Part shown: positions 51,100 to 64,000 of the stretch, piece by piece | Layout: each line of letters opens with the position of its first letter | Position numbering within the stretch: position 1 is the first letter of the stretch | Origin: Octopus sinensis | Lineage: Eukaryota | Reading direction: 5' to 3' | Assembly: GCF_006345805.1 (NCBI RefSeq) | Contig: NC_043021.1 | Location: forward strand, 25,916,001 to 25,980,000 | DNA length: 64,000 nt | The notes under the pieces: model-generated | What the model was told of the DNA's origin: nothing | The model's database searches: none | Seen by the model: the letters and a program-made list of their open reading frames with translations, nothing else | Position numbers and translations under genes: made by a program

Positions 51100-51400
51100 T
51101 CAACTTTAATTCTCACAATGAAGTTAAACTATCCAAAGACAATAGAGTAGGATAAAGATCCTTCCTGGGCCATTCAGACTCAAAGGGCCCATTTCCCAGT
51201 TTCTGTTGCACACCCACCCTTCCTTGATGGAACACTGATCTGTTGCAGGATGACTCATTTTTGCCGGCTGAGTGAACTGGAGCAACATGAAACGAAGTGT
51301 TTTGCTCAAGAACACAACGCGTTGCCCAGTTCAGGGATTGAAACCACAATCTTACAATCACAAGTCCAACACCCAAACCACTAAGCCATGCGCCTCCACC
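51100..51400 (-). mobile_element. SINE family C
   Basis: Minus-strand head ggaggcgcatggcttagtggtttgggtgttgg...gttcttgagcaaaacac. Confidence 0.8.
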
Positions 51401-52024
51401 CAACACATAATACCAGTCCGACAACCCTCCCAAATATTATGCAATTAGTCAATACACTTTACTCAGTTCATCGACAGCTGTCAGTAGAAGTAAGTAGCAA
51501 TTTACCCAGAAACAACACCTGCCAAACATTACATGCAGCTGGCGGGGGCGGGGGGGGGGGGCAGGATTTAGTATTAGTTTTATTCCATGACATCAGAGAT
51601 AATCCTCAGCTTTATTAAGCCCTGGCAAGCTTAAAAGACATTTTTAGATTCTCGCTGATAAACTTTTAAAAAAATCAGTGTTAACGAAGAAGGGTTGAGA
51701 TTAAATGGCAAAGAATGGTGGACGGAAATAAATTATGAAAAGGTTAAAAACAGGTTAAAAATAAGGAAGAAAAATAAAACAGGACAGCAACTACAACTGT
51801 AGCCTCAGTACTACCACCACCACTACAACATTCACAAGTGTAGATTTAACAAAGATACTGCATTTGAAGAAGAGAAACAACAATATATTTGACCCAATCA
51901 TGGATTATGTCAGTCCCGCCTGGCTCCCTGGTTTTCGCCAAAACTGACCACTACAAAAGTACATAAAATCAAAGGCAGAACAAAGACCACACCCACAGAC
52001 CAATTAAATAATGAAACAATAAAT

Positions 52025-52600
52025 AGTCTTTACTACTCTAGGCACAAGGCCCAAAATTTTGGGAGAGGGGAGCAGTCGGTTAGATTGACCCCAGTATGCA
52101 ACTGGTACTTAATTTATCAACCCCAAAAGGATGAAAGGCAAAGTTGACCTCAGCGAAATTTGAACTCAGAACGTAAAGACAAAGGAAATACCTATTTCTT
52201 TACTGCTCACAAGGGGCTACACACAGAGGGGACAAACAAGGACAGACATAGGTATTAAGTCAATTATATCGACCCCAGTGCATAACTAGTCCTTAATTTA
52301 TCGACCCCGAAAGGATGAAAGGCAAAGTCGACCTCGGCGGAGTTTGAACTCAGAACGTAAAGACAAACGAAATACCTATTTCTTTACTACCCACAAGGGG
52401 CTAAACACAGAGAGGACAGACAAACGGATTAAGTCGATTACATCGACCCCAGTGCATAACTGGTACTTAGTTTATCGACCCCGAAAGGATGAAAGGAAAA
52501 GTCGACTCAGCAGAATTTGAACTCAGAACGTAATGGCAGGCAAAATACGGCTACGCATTTCGCCCGGTGTGCTAACGTTTCTGCCAGCTCGCTGCCTTAA
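52025..52600 (-). mobile_element. SINE family B trimer (one head, three bodies)
   Basis: The ccccag...aaaggatgaaagg...tttgaactcagaacgtaa block occurs three times at about 180-bp spacing; complete A-box head only at the right end. Confidence 0.85.
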
Positions 52601-53006
52601 GAAAAACGATTCTGCCAGCCTTGAAACAAAAATAGTCTAAAATATTAATGGCTGTCATGTGAGGGTTCCAAGCTTGTTACTCACAGGCCCTTGTGTCATA
52701 TGAAAGGGGGTGAAAAAAATCCCTTCCAAATATATACAGCCACATAAATAACTGCCCCAGAACACAACTAAAATTCCAAATTCCAATTAAATACAAAATG
52801 AATAAAAAAAGAAAAACACAAAGATGGAAATAGTTGCAACATTAGGTAGAGTCATGGCTGTGTGGTGAAGAAGTTTGCTTCCCAGTCATGTTGTCTTGGG
52901 TTCAATCCCATTGCAAGACACCTTGGACAAGTGTCCTCTATTAGAGCCTCAGAGCAACCAAACTCTTGGGAGTGGATTTGGTAGAAGGAAACTGAAAGAA
53001 AATCAT

Positions 53007-53037
<31 letters not shown>

Positions 53038-53062
53038 ATACATACATACATACATACATACA

Positions 53063-53095
<33 letters not shown>

Positions 53096-53177
53096 CAATT
53101 CAAATACACAACTGAAAAAGCTACTAATAGTAGGTATATTTACACACACACACACACGCATAGGTATGTATGTATAC

Positions 53178-53212
<35 letters not shown>

Positions 53213-53770
53213 TCCTTGTCTAGACATTATGTGATTGTTGTAAACAAGCATCCCTGTCATAGCAGTGGTGTTGCTTGCTTCCAGTGTTGCATGAGGAACA
53301 TGCCTGGCCATGGAGAGAAATCCTACCTTGTTTGGAACAGGGTTAGGGTTGGCAACATTAAGGGTATCCACCTCAGTAAGCTCTGTCTGACCCAAGCAAG
53401 GAGGGGGACATGGGTGTGAAATGATGATGATGATGATGACTAATAGCTTCGAAGGGGCTAATTAGGCAATCAATTACAGAAGTATTACATTCTGACCGAG
53501 TTCACTTTGCTCCCCTCCCCCTCACTAAAATGCGGGTGGACAGAAATAGATTGGACAGTTAAGGTGCAGAGAATGCAAGACGTCAACACCATTATGCTGC
53601 ACCTTACGATTCCACGCTGCACATTTGGTGTGAGTTGTCTGAAGCTTAGCAAAGCGGAGACACAACAGGAATAGAAACCGATGAGTCGAGTGGAGTTGGT
53701 CGTTTCAATGCTTCAGTGCCATGGGTTCTGGTTGATAAGAAATTGACCCAGGGGCAACACAACCATAACA

Positions 53771-53801
<31 letters not shown>

Positions 53802-55444
53802 AGCCATTCTAACCATCAGAGTTTTATATTAGGTTGTTTTTAATTCTTATTTTATTTTAATATTTATTTATTTATTTAATTATCAGCTTATAACACCACA
53901 GAAAACAAAACAAAACCCAAATCAAAATTTTTATAAAAATCCAAGTAAAAACAGCTACAACCCCCCCCCCCCAAAAAAAAACAATTGCTTTCATCACTTT
54001 CTAATATCATCAGTGCTGATAAAGTAGCTTAATGCTTAACGAGAACTAATCAATAGGTTGGTACAAATTAAACAGAGGATTAGGCTGCTGTCGTTTCTTA
54101 AAGCTTCCTGGTGTTGTCAGCAGATTGACCTGATGTCGATAGGAAACAATTCCAGCATCTCTTGAAAAAAATTGATGAAGGAAAACTTTTCTCTTTCTCA
54201 GAACCTGGCAGAAAGGAGGACTTGAACCCAGGACGACAAATTGATGAATCAACTGTTATTGTTGTTCTCCAGTTTGTTTTATGTTCGATCTTTCAGAGAG
54301 AAAAATAGACGGAGAAGTTGGTGGAGGGGACGGCTTCATTAAAATCACTTCTAACTGCTTATTGTAGCACCTGAACTAACAAGATATTTATTTACCTGGC
54401 AATACAGGTATGGTTATGTGGTTAAGAAGTTTGCTTCCCAACCACATGGTTTTGGGTTCAGTCCCACAATGTGGAAGCTTGCTTGGCGGGGAAGGGAATT
54501 CTCTGGATGATATTTACCCCCACTCTCATACAGATATGGTAATATCTATCTAGCTGTGTGTGTGTGCGTGTGCGCGTGCGTGCGTGTGTGTGGAGGTGCA
54601 TGGCTTAGTGGTTACGGTGTTGCACTCCTGATCGCAAGTGGGTTCGATTCCCAGACTGGAAATTCATTTTCCACGTTGCTCTGCAATCATTTTGTCACCT
54701 GTCATGTGCCACACGGTGCACCTGTACAGGTAATGTCAATTTGATAGAGGGAGTGAGCTCATGTGAACACAATTGCCGAACCCTCATACGTCGTCTAAAA
54801 ATGGGAGAGTCCGTGACATACATATTGTGAATGAAAAGATTTTTCTCACGCTTTTTGATGGTGTACACACTGGCCAGGGGCGCGAGGTGGGGAGCAGTAG
54901 GGACAGTTTGCACCAGGCGGCACATTTAAGTCCGCTGTAGGCAAAATGTGTTTTATGTGGGTGGCAAACAGAAGGGCCGCCCCGGGTGGCACACACTCTA
55001 GCTACACTGGTGGGTGTACATTAGGTATGGAGTTTAATACATTCGTGTTGCCTTGATTCTTTCATTACAATCTTTTTAACAAAACATAATTCAGATTCAT
55101 CGTCAATATTAATTACGATTATGTAAACATAATTACATGGGATCCATTTTGTCAGGCAAAAGTGAAAGGTAAACCAACCCACTTGGGTCCCTAAACCCGC
55201 TTTAATTTGATTTTACGTATGAATATGCGAAATTAGATTGGAATCTGGTGCAGGTCCCAAGCTTAGCAGTTCAGTTAAACTGTCCAACCCATGCCAGCAT
55301 GCAAAACAAACACTAAATGATGATGATGATGATGTGTGTGTGTGTGTGTAATAATTTTTCAGAAATGTAGATCTCGAAGCAGATAAAGCTATTAATAAAA
55401 GCTGCGCTTGCGAAGGCCTGTTAAGTGAAGTCGTTGTTGTGGCC

Positions 55445-55725
55445 GATGACAGCACTGCCTGATTGGCACCCGTGCTGGTGGCATGTAAAAAAGCACCATT
55501 TGAGCGTGGTCAATGCCAGTGCCACCTGACTGGCCCTCATGCCGGTGACACATAAAAAGCACCCACTACACTCTCAGAGTGGTTGGCATTAAGAAGGGCA
55601 TCCAGATGTAGAAACCCTGCCAGATCAGATAGGAGCCTTGTGCAGCCTTCTGACTTGCCAGCCCTCAGTCAAACCGTCCAACCCATACCAGCATGGAAAG
55701 CAGATGTTAAACGATGATGATGATG
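55445..55725 (+). mobile_element. RTE LINE 3'UTR/tail fragment
   Basis: Collinear with 1140-1395; ends aacgatgatgatgatg. Confidence 0.85.
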
Positions 55726-56244
55726 TAAATATTGTTTAAAAAACCCTTTAAATAGAAAAAAATCAAAGGCAACAATACACACACACACACACACATATAC
55801 ATATATGTATATATTGTATGTTCTGACCAGCTAAGGCATCATCGGAGTGTTTGATGATGGCTTGGCTCGTCAAAACTTTGAAATCAAGTCCCTGTAATTA
55901 CTGTTTTCGTTAAATGATAATTTGTTCTCTCCCAAAATTTACTGAGTTATTCTCCAGTTTAATGTAAAACTGTTTTTATTACAGCATAAAAACAAACATT
56001 AATATATGTTGTGTGTGTGTATGAATATATATAATATACATACATGACATATATATTGTTGTATTTCAGGTTGATCATTTGTTTTTTCTTCTTCTTTTTT
56101 GGCCAAATAAACACATGCACTATATAGTTTTTTTTCCTCACTCATTTATTACTGTTCTTATTTCATTATTTTAACTCCTGTCCATTGTCCGGAAATCTCT
56201 TGTCACACACCTGTGACCTCTTCAGCAACGCAAACAAATTTCCT

Positions 56245-56448
56245 TTTATTCTTTTACTTGTTTCAGTCATTTGACTGTAGCCATGCTGGAGCACCGCCTT
56301 TAATCGAACAAACTGACCCCGGGACTTATTCTTTGTAAGCCTAGTACTTATTCTACCAGTCTCTTTTGCCAAACTGCTAAGTTATGGGGACGCAAACACA
56401 CCAGCATTGGTTGTCAAGCGATGTTGGGGGGACAAACATATACACACG

Positions 56449-56492
<44 letters not shown>

Positions 56493-56655
56493 CGACAAGC
56501 TTCTTTCAGTTTCCGTCTACCAAATCCACTCACAAGACTTTGGTCGGCCTGAAGCTATAGTAGAAGACACTTGCCTAAGGTACCACACAGTGGGACTGAA
56601 CCTGGAACCATGTGGTTGGTAAGCAAGCTACTTACCACGAAGCCACTCCTGCACC
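56245..56655 (-). mobile_element. SINE family A, full-length
   Basis: Reverse complement of 11698-12116. Confidence 0.88.
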
Positions 56656-57281
56656 TATAATATATATATATCATAACAAGATGTGAAAGTGCTGTGTTTT
56701 GGTCTTCTTGCTGCAGAGGAGAACATTGTTCCCATCAGTTGCTATCATTTCATTGTAATGGCAGCAAAATTGAGTGAAAGTGAGACTGGAGGGTGGAAGT
56801 GACAGAGAAGAGAAAAGGAGTTTTGTTGAAGCTGGTTTTGGTCGGACTGGCTCCAGACTGGCTCACATCCAACGAACCAAAATTAGACACAAATACAACC
56901 AAAGTGTTCTTTTCTGGTTTGCATCAGAAAACACAAAGCAAATGTCTACAATGGACATATTTGGATCTCGTCTACGTTGAAGGATGATGTTTGCAGGGTC
57001 CCGCAAGTTGGATGCGTGCACCCCATCCCCTTCTCCTTGCTTGCTTTGGGTTGGACATAGTTCACTGATGCACAGTTTCTATGGCAACACATTTAGAAAC
57101 AAATGACGCAACTTATATGACAGGGACACTCATTTACTCCTATTCTGTGAGGTCAAGTCAAGGAGACACCCCACACCATGTATGTATGTGTGTGTATAAT
57201 AATAATATGGGGGAATATTATTCCAAACTTACAGGGAAAAAATTCAATTTAGAAATACTAAATCAAATTTCACAAAATATA

Positions 57282-57704
57282 ATATATATATATAAATTAG
57301 AAAAAAAACACCTTTTATCAATTCAAAATGAAAAATTAAATTACACCATCTAGAAAATTACATATAATAGAAAGATTTTAAAAGATTATTTACGTATATT
57401 TATTAATTAATTATTTTATTATTGTAATTATCTTTAACCTGATGAGTGGCTATATTTATAGTGAAGTGATTTTACTACTAATATTTTTACTATAATCATT
57501 TCTTAAATATAGCCACGAAACACGTGTCATTATTCTACCAAATATATACGTTTTATTTATTATTTTGCACATTACTTAATCATCGTTATATTTTTTATCT
57601 TATATTTAATCTTTCTATTATATGTAATTTTCTAGATGGTGTAATTCAATTTTTCATTTTGAATTGATAAAAGGTGTTTTTTTTTCTAATTTATATATAT
57701 ATAT
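57282..57704. repeat. Long inverted repeat (arms 57282-57377 and 57608-57704) enclosing a hammerhead motif
   Basis: 96/97-nt arms differ by one mismatch and one homopolymer indel; 230-nt spacer. Confidence 0.92.
57435..57532 (+). ncRNA. Type I hammerhead ribozyme motif, intact core, 13-bp stem II
   Basis: CTGATGA (57439-45), GTGGCTATATTTA/TAAATATAGCCAC stem II (57446-58 and 57504-16), GAAA (57517-20), palindrome ACACGTGT, GUC site at 57528. Stem I TAAC/ATTA has a C-A mismatch at the first pair. Confidence 0.75.
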
Positions 57705-60013
57705 CAATTGGTGGTTACAACAGTGAGTGTCCCAGTTAATCCGATCAATGAAACAGTCTGCTCATGAAATATTAATGTGCAGGTGGCTGAGTACTCCACA
57801 GACATGCATATCCTTAATGTAGCTTTCAGAGAGATTCAGTATGTATAACTCATTTTGCCAACTGAGGGACTGGAGCAACAGGAAGTAAAGTGTCTTGCTC
57901 AAGAAAACACCATGCAGCCAGGAATCAAAGCCACAACCTCATGATTGTGAGCTGGACACGCTAACCACTAAGCCACACACACAGAGTTTCCATCAACCAA
58001 ATCCACTAACAAAGCTTTGGTTGTCCTGGGGCTTTACCAAGGTGCAACACAGCTATGGTTTATGAAGCGGATGTCTGAACCAAACAGCCATGCCTGTGTC
58101 TCTGTTTGCAGACTTTATCAGGATCAAGAAATTTGTGAATGAACAAAATACAAAATGTGATTCTCTTGACTTTGGTCCAGTTTACAGGAATGACAGCCTG
58201 AGTGAAATTATTAAAACACAGTTGAAAAATCTCCCAAATTATTCAAAACAGCAGCATTTGGTTTGATTAAATGTTGATTTGATCACATCAGATCAGCATT
58301 CATTGGACTTCATTGGGTATTGATCACTTTAACCCATTAGCATTTAAACCAGCCAAAATATTCGACCATCACGTACTTTGTGTGCCCTTAACTGAGAGTC
58401 TACTGCTTTGCAAACATTAGGGTCAGGCCTCCATTTTGAGGCCCCATCACCACCAAACTCAGAGACCCCATCACCACCAAACTCAGAGACCCTGTAAAGG
58501 GTCATGGCTACTACCTTTCCTTCTGGCCAAAATTACTCTGTCTGTGGCTCCACATCAAAATCTTTCATAAACTCAATAAGTTTAGCCATACCAGCCCTTA
58601 CCTCACAAAATAATAATAATAATGATCTTTTCTAATAAGGTACAGTTCAATTGGTCCTTATTTCATTGACCTCGAAAGGATGAAAGGCAAAGCTGACCTC
58701 GGCAGGATTTGAACTCTGAATGTAAAGAGCTGAAAGAAATGCCACTAAGCATTTTGACCAGTGTGATAATGATTCTGTTTGCTTACTGCCTTAAATAGTA
58801 ACAATAATAATAACAAAAACAAAAATGTTTATCAGCTATTGATTTTGAAGTAACAAAAATGTATTTATTCTCACATACCAGAATTTTTATATACTCTTAA
58901 ACTTTTAATTTTATTTTAATGTAAATAAAAAAATATCAGTTTGGAGCAACAGAGATCAGACAGCAATTAGAAGATGGCTACACTATATTAGTGAAATAAC
59001 TTAGAGCAACTTGGAATGCTGTTAGTCAATGTATCTGAAGAATGTGCCACAGCTATAATAACTTTGCTTGAATTTACCTTCAACCATACCTATGTAATGT
59101 TTCTTTTCAATTGTCTGATTTGGCAGGGCTGAAGTAAGACCAGCTTCATAAACAACAGGTTTTTATATATTGTTGCTGGCGTTCAGGGAAAGTGTTTGTC
59201 TTCTGAAATAATCAACCTGAATTGTCGTGTTTTATGAGCCAGGTGGATACGCCAACTCACGATATAAATAAACACACCCATTCATACACACAAATGCATC
59301 AATCCACATGCGTACACATCCACACCTACATGCATAAACACACATACATACACAAACACTAGGAAATGCTTCAAGACTTTCTTTATTATACTGAGAAAGA
59401 GGAGGAGTGAGCCAGAAGAACTCTTAGAGTCTTGGATTGGGTGGATTGAGTGGAGGGGATATTGGAAGGCTCACTCTTCAAGAACTGTTATAGTAAGGAA
59501 CTTTGCTATCCAAATATCTTTTCCTTAGATGAAGAATTGACAGAGGTCGTTTTGCTGATATCAGAGATAAACAAAACGGATGTGGGTGCAACAAGAGAGT
59601 TTATTAAGATATGTGATTTAATTTATATCTAATTTAATACTTTGAATTATGAGAGGGTTTGTAACTACTCTCAAAGTTCTAGATTTAGTGATGCAGCTAA
59701 GCAGTCAACAATATTTGAAATAGTAGCAACCGTAGTCCTCGGTTGTTGAGGGTGACAATGGAGTTTTTTTTTTCTAAAAGTATTTGGGGCATGATGTCTG
59801 CCCACAAAGATTTATGAATTCATAAGCAACATGAATGAAAGAGTCAGTCCACGAGACATCCACAGACCTATTCAGAAAATATGTGCACAGACTTTCAGTG
59901 TATGCAGAGACACACCTAAAGACTGGATTACAAGGAAAATAATAAATGTAATAAAAGTATTTTTCATATTGTTACACACAATAGCCATGCACAAACACAA
60001 ACTCATTAATATA

Positions 60014-60082
<69 letters not shown>

Positions 60083-60123
60083 TATATATATAGGTGTGTG
60101 TGTGTGTGTGAATGTATATGTTG

Positions 60124-60155
<32 letters not shown>

Positions 60156-60303
60156 TACAAATGTATATAGAACACACATCTCACAAACACATGATGTGAA
60201 TCCCACCCAAACTAGTATAAAATATGACACAATGGAATAAGACGTATGTGGGTATTTAAGTAAATATTCTTAACTACATATTCACATAACTACATATAAG
60301 CAA

Positions 60304-60343
<40 letters not shown>

Positions 60344-60489
60344 GCACATATATCAACAAGAAATACACACACACTCCTCATGAAAGGCATTTGAATGCCG
60401 TAACCATTCAACCAAGACATGACAAATACAGCAAAATATTTTCTTTTACATATTTGATAAAATATGATTTTTAAGAATGAAACTATTTC

Positions 60490-60690
60490 TATACACACAC
60501 ACACACACAAACAAGTAAACATGTATACACATAAACACACACACACACACAAACAAGTAAACATGTATACACATAAACACACACACACACACACAAACAA
60601 GTAAACATGTATACACATAAACACACACACACACACAAACAAGTAAACATGTATACACATAAACACACACACACACACACACACACTTGT
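60490..60690. repeat. Four-copy ~40-bp minisatellite (CA)n-AACAAGTAAACATGTATACACATAA
   Basis: Directly visible. Confidence 0.9.
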
Positions 60691-61434
60691 ATATTTACAC
60701 ATACATGTATTTGTATGTACACACACACATATTTGTATACACATGCACACACACTCCCACAGATATGTTGAAATACACAAACGAATATGCTGCTACATGT
60801 GTTTCTATAAATGTTGAACTGTCAAAAGTTTTGTTGGCTTTTCTTTTATTTCAAACATGTAAAAAATTTCAATAAATTAACCAGAAACGAATACTGCAAA
60901 CCTAACAAAATTCCCATCATTGTTAAATGTTAGAAAAGCAGCTGAAATAAGTTCAAAGTCATTTCTTCCTACATCTTTTTAGATTGGTCATCTATTAACT
61001 CATAAATATAGTTTATATACACAACTGCTGCATTATATACAACCCTTTATATACACAACTTTCAGCAGCAGGCATTTCTGTGTGGTTAAGAAGTTAGCTT
61101 CCAGGTTCAGTCCCACTGCATGGCACCTTGGGCAAGTGTCTTCTACTATAGTCCTGGGCCAACTGGTGCCTTCTGAGTGGATATGTCTACATATCTCCAT
61201 ATGTACATACAAAACTCTCCACATATATCTACACACGTATATATGTCTGTGCGTGTTACTGTTTCCCTGTCTTGACAGCATTAGACAGCTGTAAACGAGT
61301 GACACCATCACACAAGTGGTGTCGTTCGTTTCCAGTCTTCTTTGCAAAACATGTTTGGCCATGAGATAAATATTTACCTTGTTTGGAAACAGGTGAAGGT
61401 TGGTGACAGAAAGAGCATCCAGCCATAGAAAACC

Positions 61435-61680
61435 TCATCATCATCATTTAGCGTCCGCTTTCCATACTAGCATGCGTTGGACGGTTCGACCGGGATCTGG
61501 GAAGCCAGAAGGCTGCACCAGGCTCCAATCTGATCTGGCAGTGTTTCTACAGCTTGATGCCCTTCCTAACGCCAACCACTCCGTGAGTGTAGTGGGTGCT
61601 TTTTACTTGCCACCGGCACAGGGATCACAACTACAATTTCCATTGATTTTTGATGTTGGTGTACTTGACTCAAGCACACA
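61435..61680 (-). mobile_element. RTE LINE 3'UTR/tail fragment
   Basis: catcatcatcatttagcgtccgctttccatactagcatgcgttgg... Confidence 0.85.
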
Positions 61681-61967
61681 GTCAAAACGGTGTTTCTTAA
61701 CTTGCCACCTGCACAGAAGTTAGTCCAGCGGCACTGGCAACTGCCGGGTGCCTCCATCTGACCCAAGCAGGCATAGAAAAGTCGATGTTAAACCAATGAA
61801 CATGATGAACTACCTCACTACAAATTACACACACAACTGCTACACTTTGCAAAATTTCACTGTGATACACAATCAACATAACTCCATGACAAAGGTTTGT
61901 TTTTTATCAAGCAACCCAAGCAGGCATTGACCGAAATGGCTCACCAACTTTACATCAACTGCTTTAA

Positions 61968-64000
61968 CCAGTTTACAGTGTTGATTCATTCAGTTGCCTG
62001 CACGTGGCAACGGTCTTCGTACTAAATGAGGTCAGTTCGCAATGCGAGACAACATTCAGCATATATTTATGCGAACTGCTTTAGTGCAAGTATTGTTTAT
62101 TTACCTGGGCAGGTAAATACTGTGCAGGACACTCGTGCATTATTATTCCTGAATAAAATCACTCAACAACACAAGTCAAATCATCTTTATGTATTTACAA
62201 TCACATGAATTTAAAAACTGACTTTGATGTGATAGGGGTCAAAACAGGGTGCCACACGCACAGTGGCATGTCACATTGTGGACCGTGGCATCTGGTTTGC
62301 TTTACATACTGTGCATCTCTTTGAAGCATTTGGTGGGGGGGAAGAGTTGTGGAAAATGTCGACATCCCTTCACCATGCAGTGAGGAGAGTCCAGCATGGG
62401 GCCACCCACGCATTCTATACTTTGGCAGGTCTGAGGCTTCGATCATTTCACAGATTCCTGAATGTCAATCCCCACCGCCCACACTGCCAAGCATCTGCTA
62501 AATGAAACTTGAGTTCATGACACACAGGTTAATTATATACAAGAACATTTTTTTGTACCGTTTCACAAATTTTCTCACCGATTTCTGTGTCATTGCCAGC
62601 TGATCTGAGCGATTGACCCCACCCGTCCCTTCATTGCATGAAACAACTACACTCGGTTTCATTATGGCATTACCGTCTGCATCTTGTTTCCCAGTTTCCT
62701 TCATACTTGTAGAATGCATTGTGGATAACATGCAAACGTTTTTCTTATTATTATGCCACACTAGAGCAGCAATAATGTTATTACTGGTGCATCACTCTGC
62801 TGTTTCTGCCCTTTCAAAGTTTAATCTCGTGACAATCGGGAGGTATGTTTTTCTTGTGTGTCCCCACAGCCCCAGTCCCACAGGCATTAGCCATCCTTGC
62901 CTGCAGCTTCAAGAAGAGGGTCTGGACTGGAAAACCAGTTGTCCGTATAAACATTGTAGCCTTTATGAAGCAAGTTTTCATTCAGCAACAACACAACATC
63001 AGATGACGTTAGAGTAGATGCTGGAAGATCCAATCTGCCCTGACCAGTGTGGATTTTGTAATTCCACGTGTACCCACAGGCTCTGCCAGTTGACTGGCAT
63101 ACTTTATAAACCTTGACTCCAAAGCGGGCGTGTTTGGTTGGGTTGTAATGTTTGAATCAGATCCTTCCCTTGAATTTCTTCAAACTCTCGTTCATACAAA
63201 TGTCCTGTGTGTGAACATACACTGTTCTGAAATTTTCAGCCACTTTGTCAACAGTCGGACATATTCTGTGCAGCATGTCATCCCGGTTCTCCTCTGAGTT
63301 GAAATCAAACATGTAGCACCGTTTCCAGAAAGAAAGGTGTTGATGTGGCTGGATCCCAATTCCAATATGACGCCAAGGTCAGTTTCTTCACAATGCCCAT
63401 CAGTATCAGCAGGGCTAGCAGAACTTTGGTTTTGTCCGCTGTGGTTGGAAACCAATCACTGCCCCACCCAGGCCTGACATGGTGGGGATGGTTTTCAGCA
63501 GAGTCATCCATTTCCTCTGCTATATTTTGGAACATTTCATCCATCCAAAACTTGTGGAAAATTTCCAATGGCAAACTTCCATGTTCAAGGTTTGCCTTAA
63601 TGCCAGGCATAACAGTAAACACAGGCCATCGGATGAAATTTTCTCTCACTCACTCACATGAGATTTTGTTGTCCAGAGCCATTCACTGCTGCCCACCTGT
63701 ACCTCTGATTCCCCAGAATATCATCCTTGCTATCGGAATCATCTGATTCTGAACTAGGAAAATACTCACTCTCCGAGTCATTGTCTGAACCAGAAGAAAC
63801 AACTGGTGAGGTGGTGGAGGTTGGTGTAGTTTGGCACGATGGCAGCAAATTTGCCGAAACAGGACATCAAAGTTGACGGAGCTGGAGTGATAGGACACGG
63901 CGACTGTAAATTCAATGAAACAGGATGCAACGATGGAGTTGACAGAGCCAGAGTGGCAGGACCAACCTATTGGGTTGTAAATATTTATAGGAAACATCTA
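61968..64000 (-). mobile_element. piggyBac (PGBD4-like) transposon, fragmented transposase
   Basis: Acidic N-terminus, PLEIFHKFWMDEMFQNIAEE, LLALLILMGIVKKLTLASYWN, KPSVVVSCNEGTGGVNRSDQL...RYKKMFLYII, and a Cys-rich C-terminal remnant (CDMPLC). Candidate terminus TTAA|CC at 61964-61969; the other end is outside the window. Confidence 0.85.

Noticed and set aside
54050-54310. Short ORFs in unique sequence
   Set aside because: No start, splice or homology support on either strand.

Overview
Eukaryotic, AT-rich and repeat-dense DNA. The SINE and LINE content looks like a coleoid cephalopod, most likely Octopus (my recognition, not a database result). Most ORFs in the supplied track are microsatellite artefacts. 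The one confidently identified gene is a spliced minus-strand OTUD3 deubiquitinase, with six in-frame internal GT-AG exons from 43932 to 33652; its first and last coding exons are not identifiable here. A weaker candidate for the 5' end of a second minus-strand gene lies at about 10420-8765. The rest is decayed mobile DNA: RTE LINEs and their (GAT)n tails, a Penelope-like element with a GIY-YIG domain, R4/Dong-like and Tx1/L1-like LINE ends, a Gypsy element, two mariners, a Tigger/pogo remnant, a piggyBac, and three tRNA-derived SINE families. Unannotated highlights: (1) a dispersed set of minimal type I hammerhead ribozyme motifs with palindromic stem III, one with an intact core centred in a 96/97-bp inverted repeat at 57282-57704; (2) a 26-copy 56-bp minisatellite grown inside a SINE; (3) inverted SINEs bracketing the OTU catalytic exons. 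Repeat boundaries are approximate; exon and ribozyme coordinates were counted by hand.
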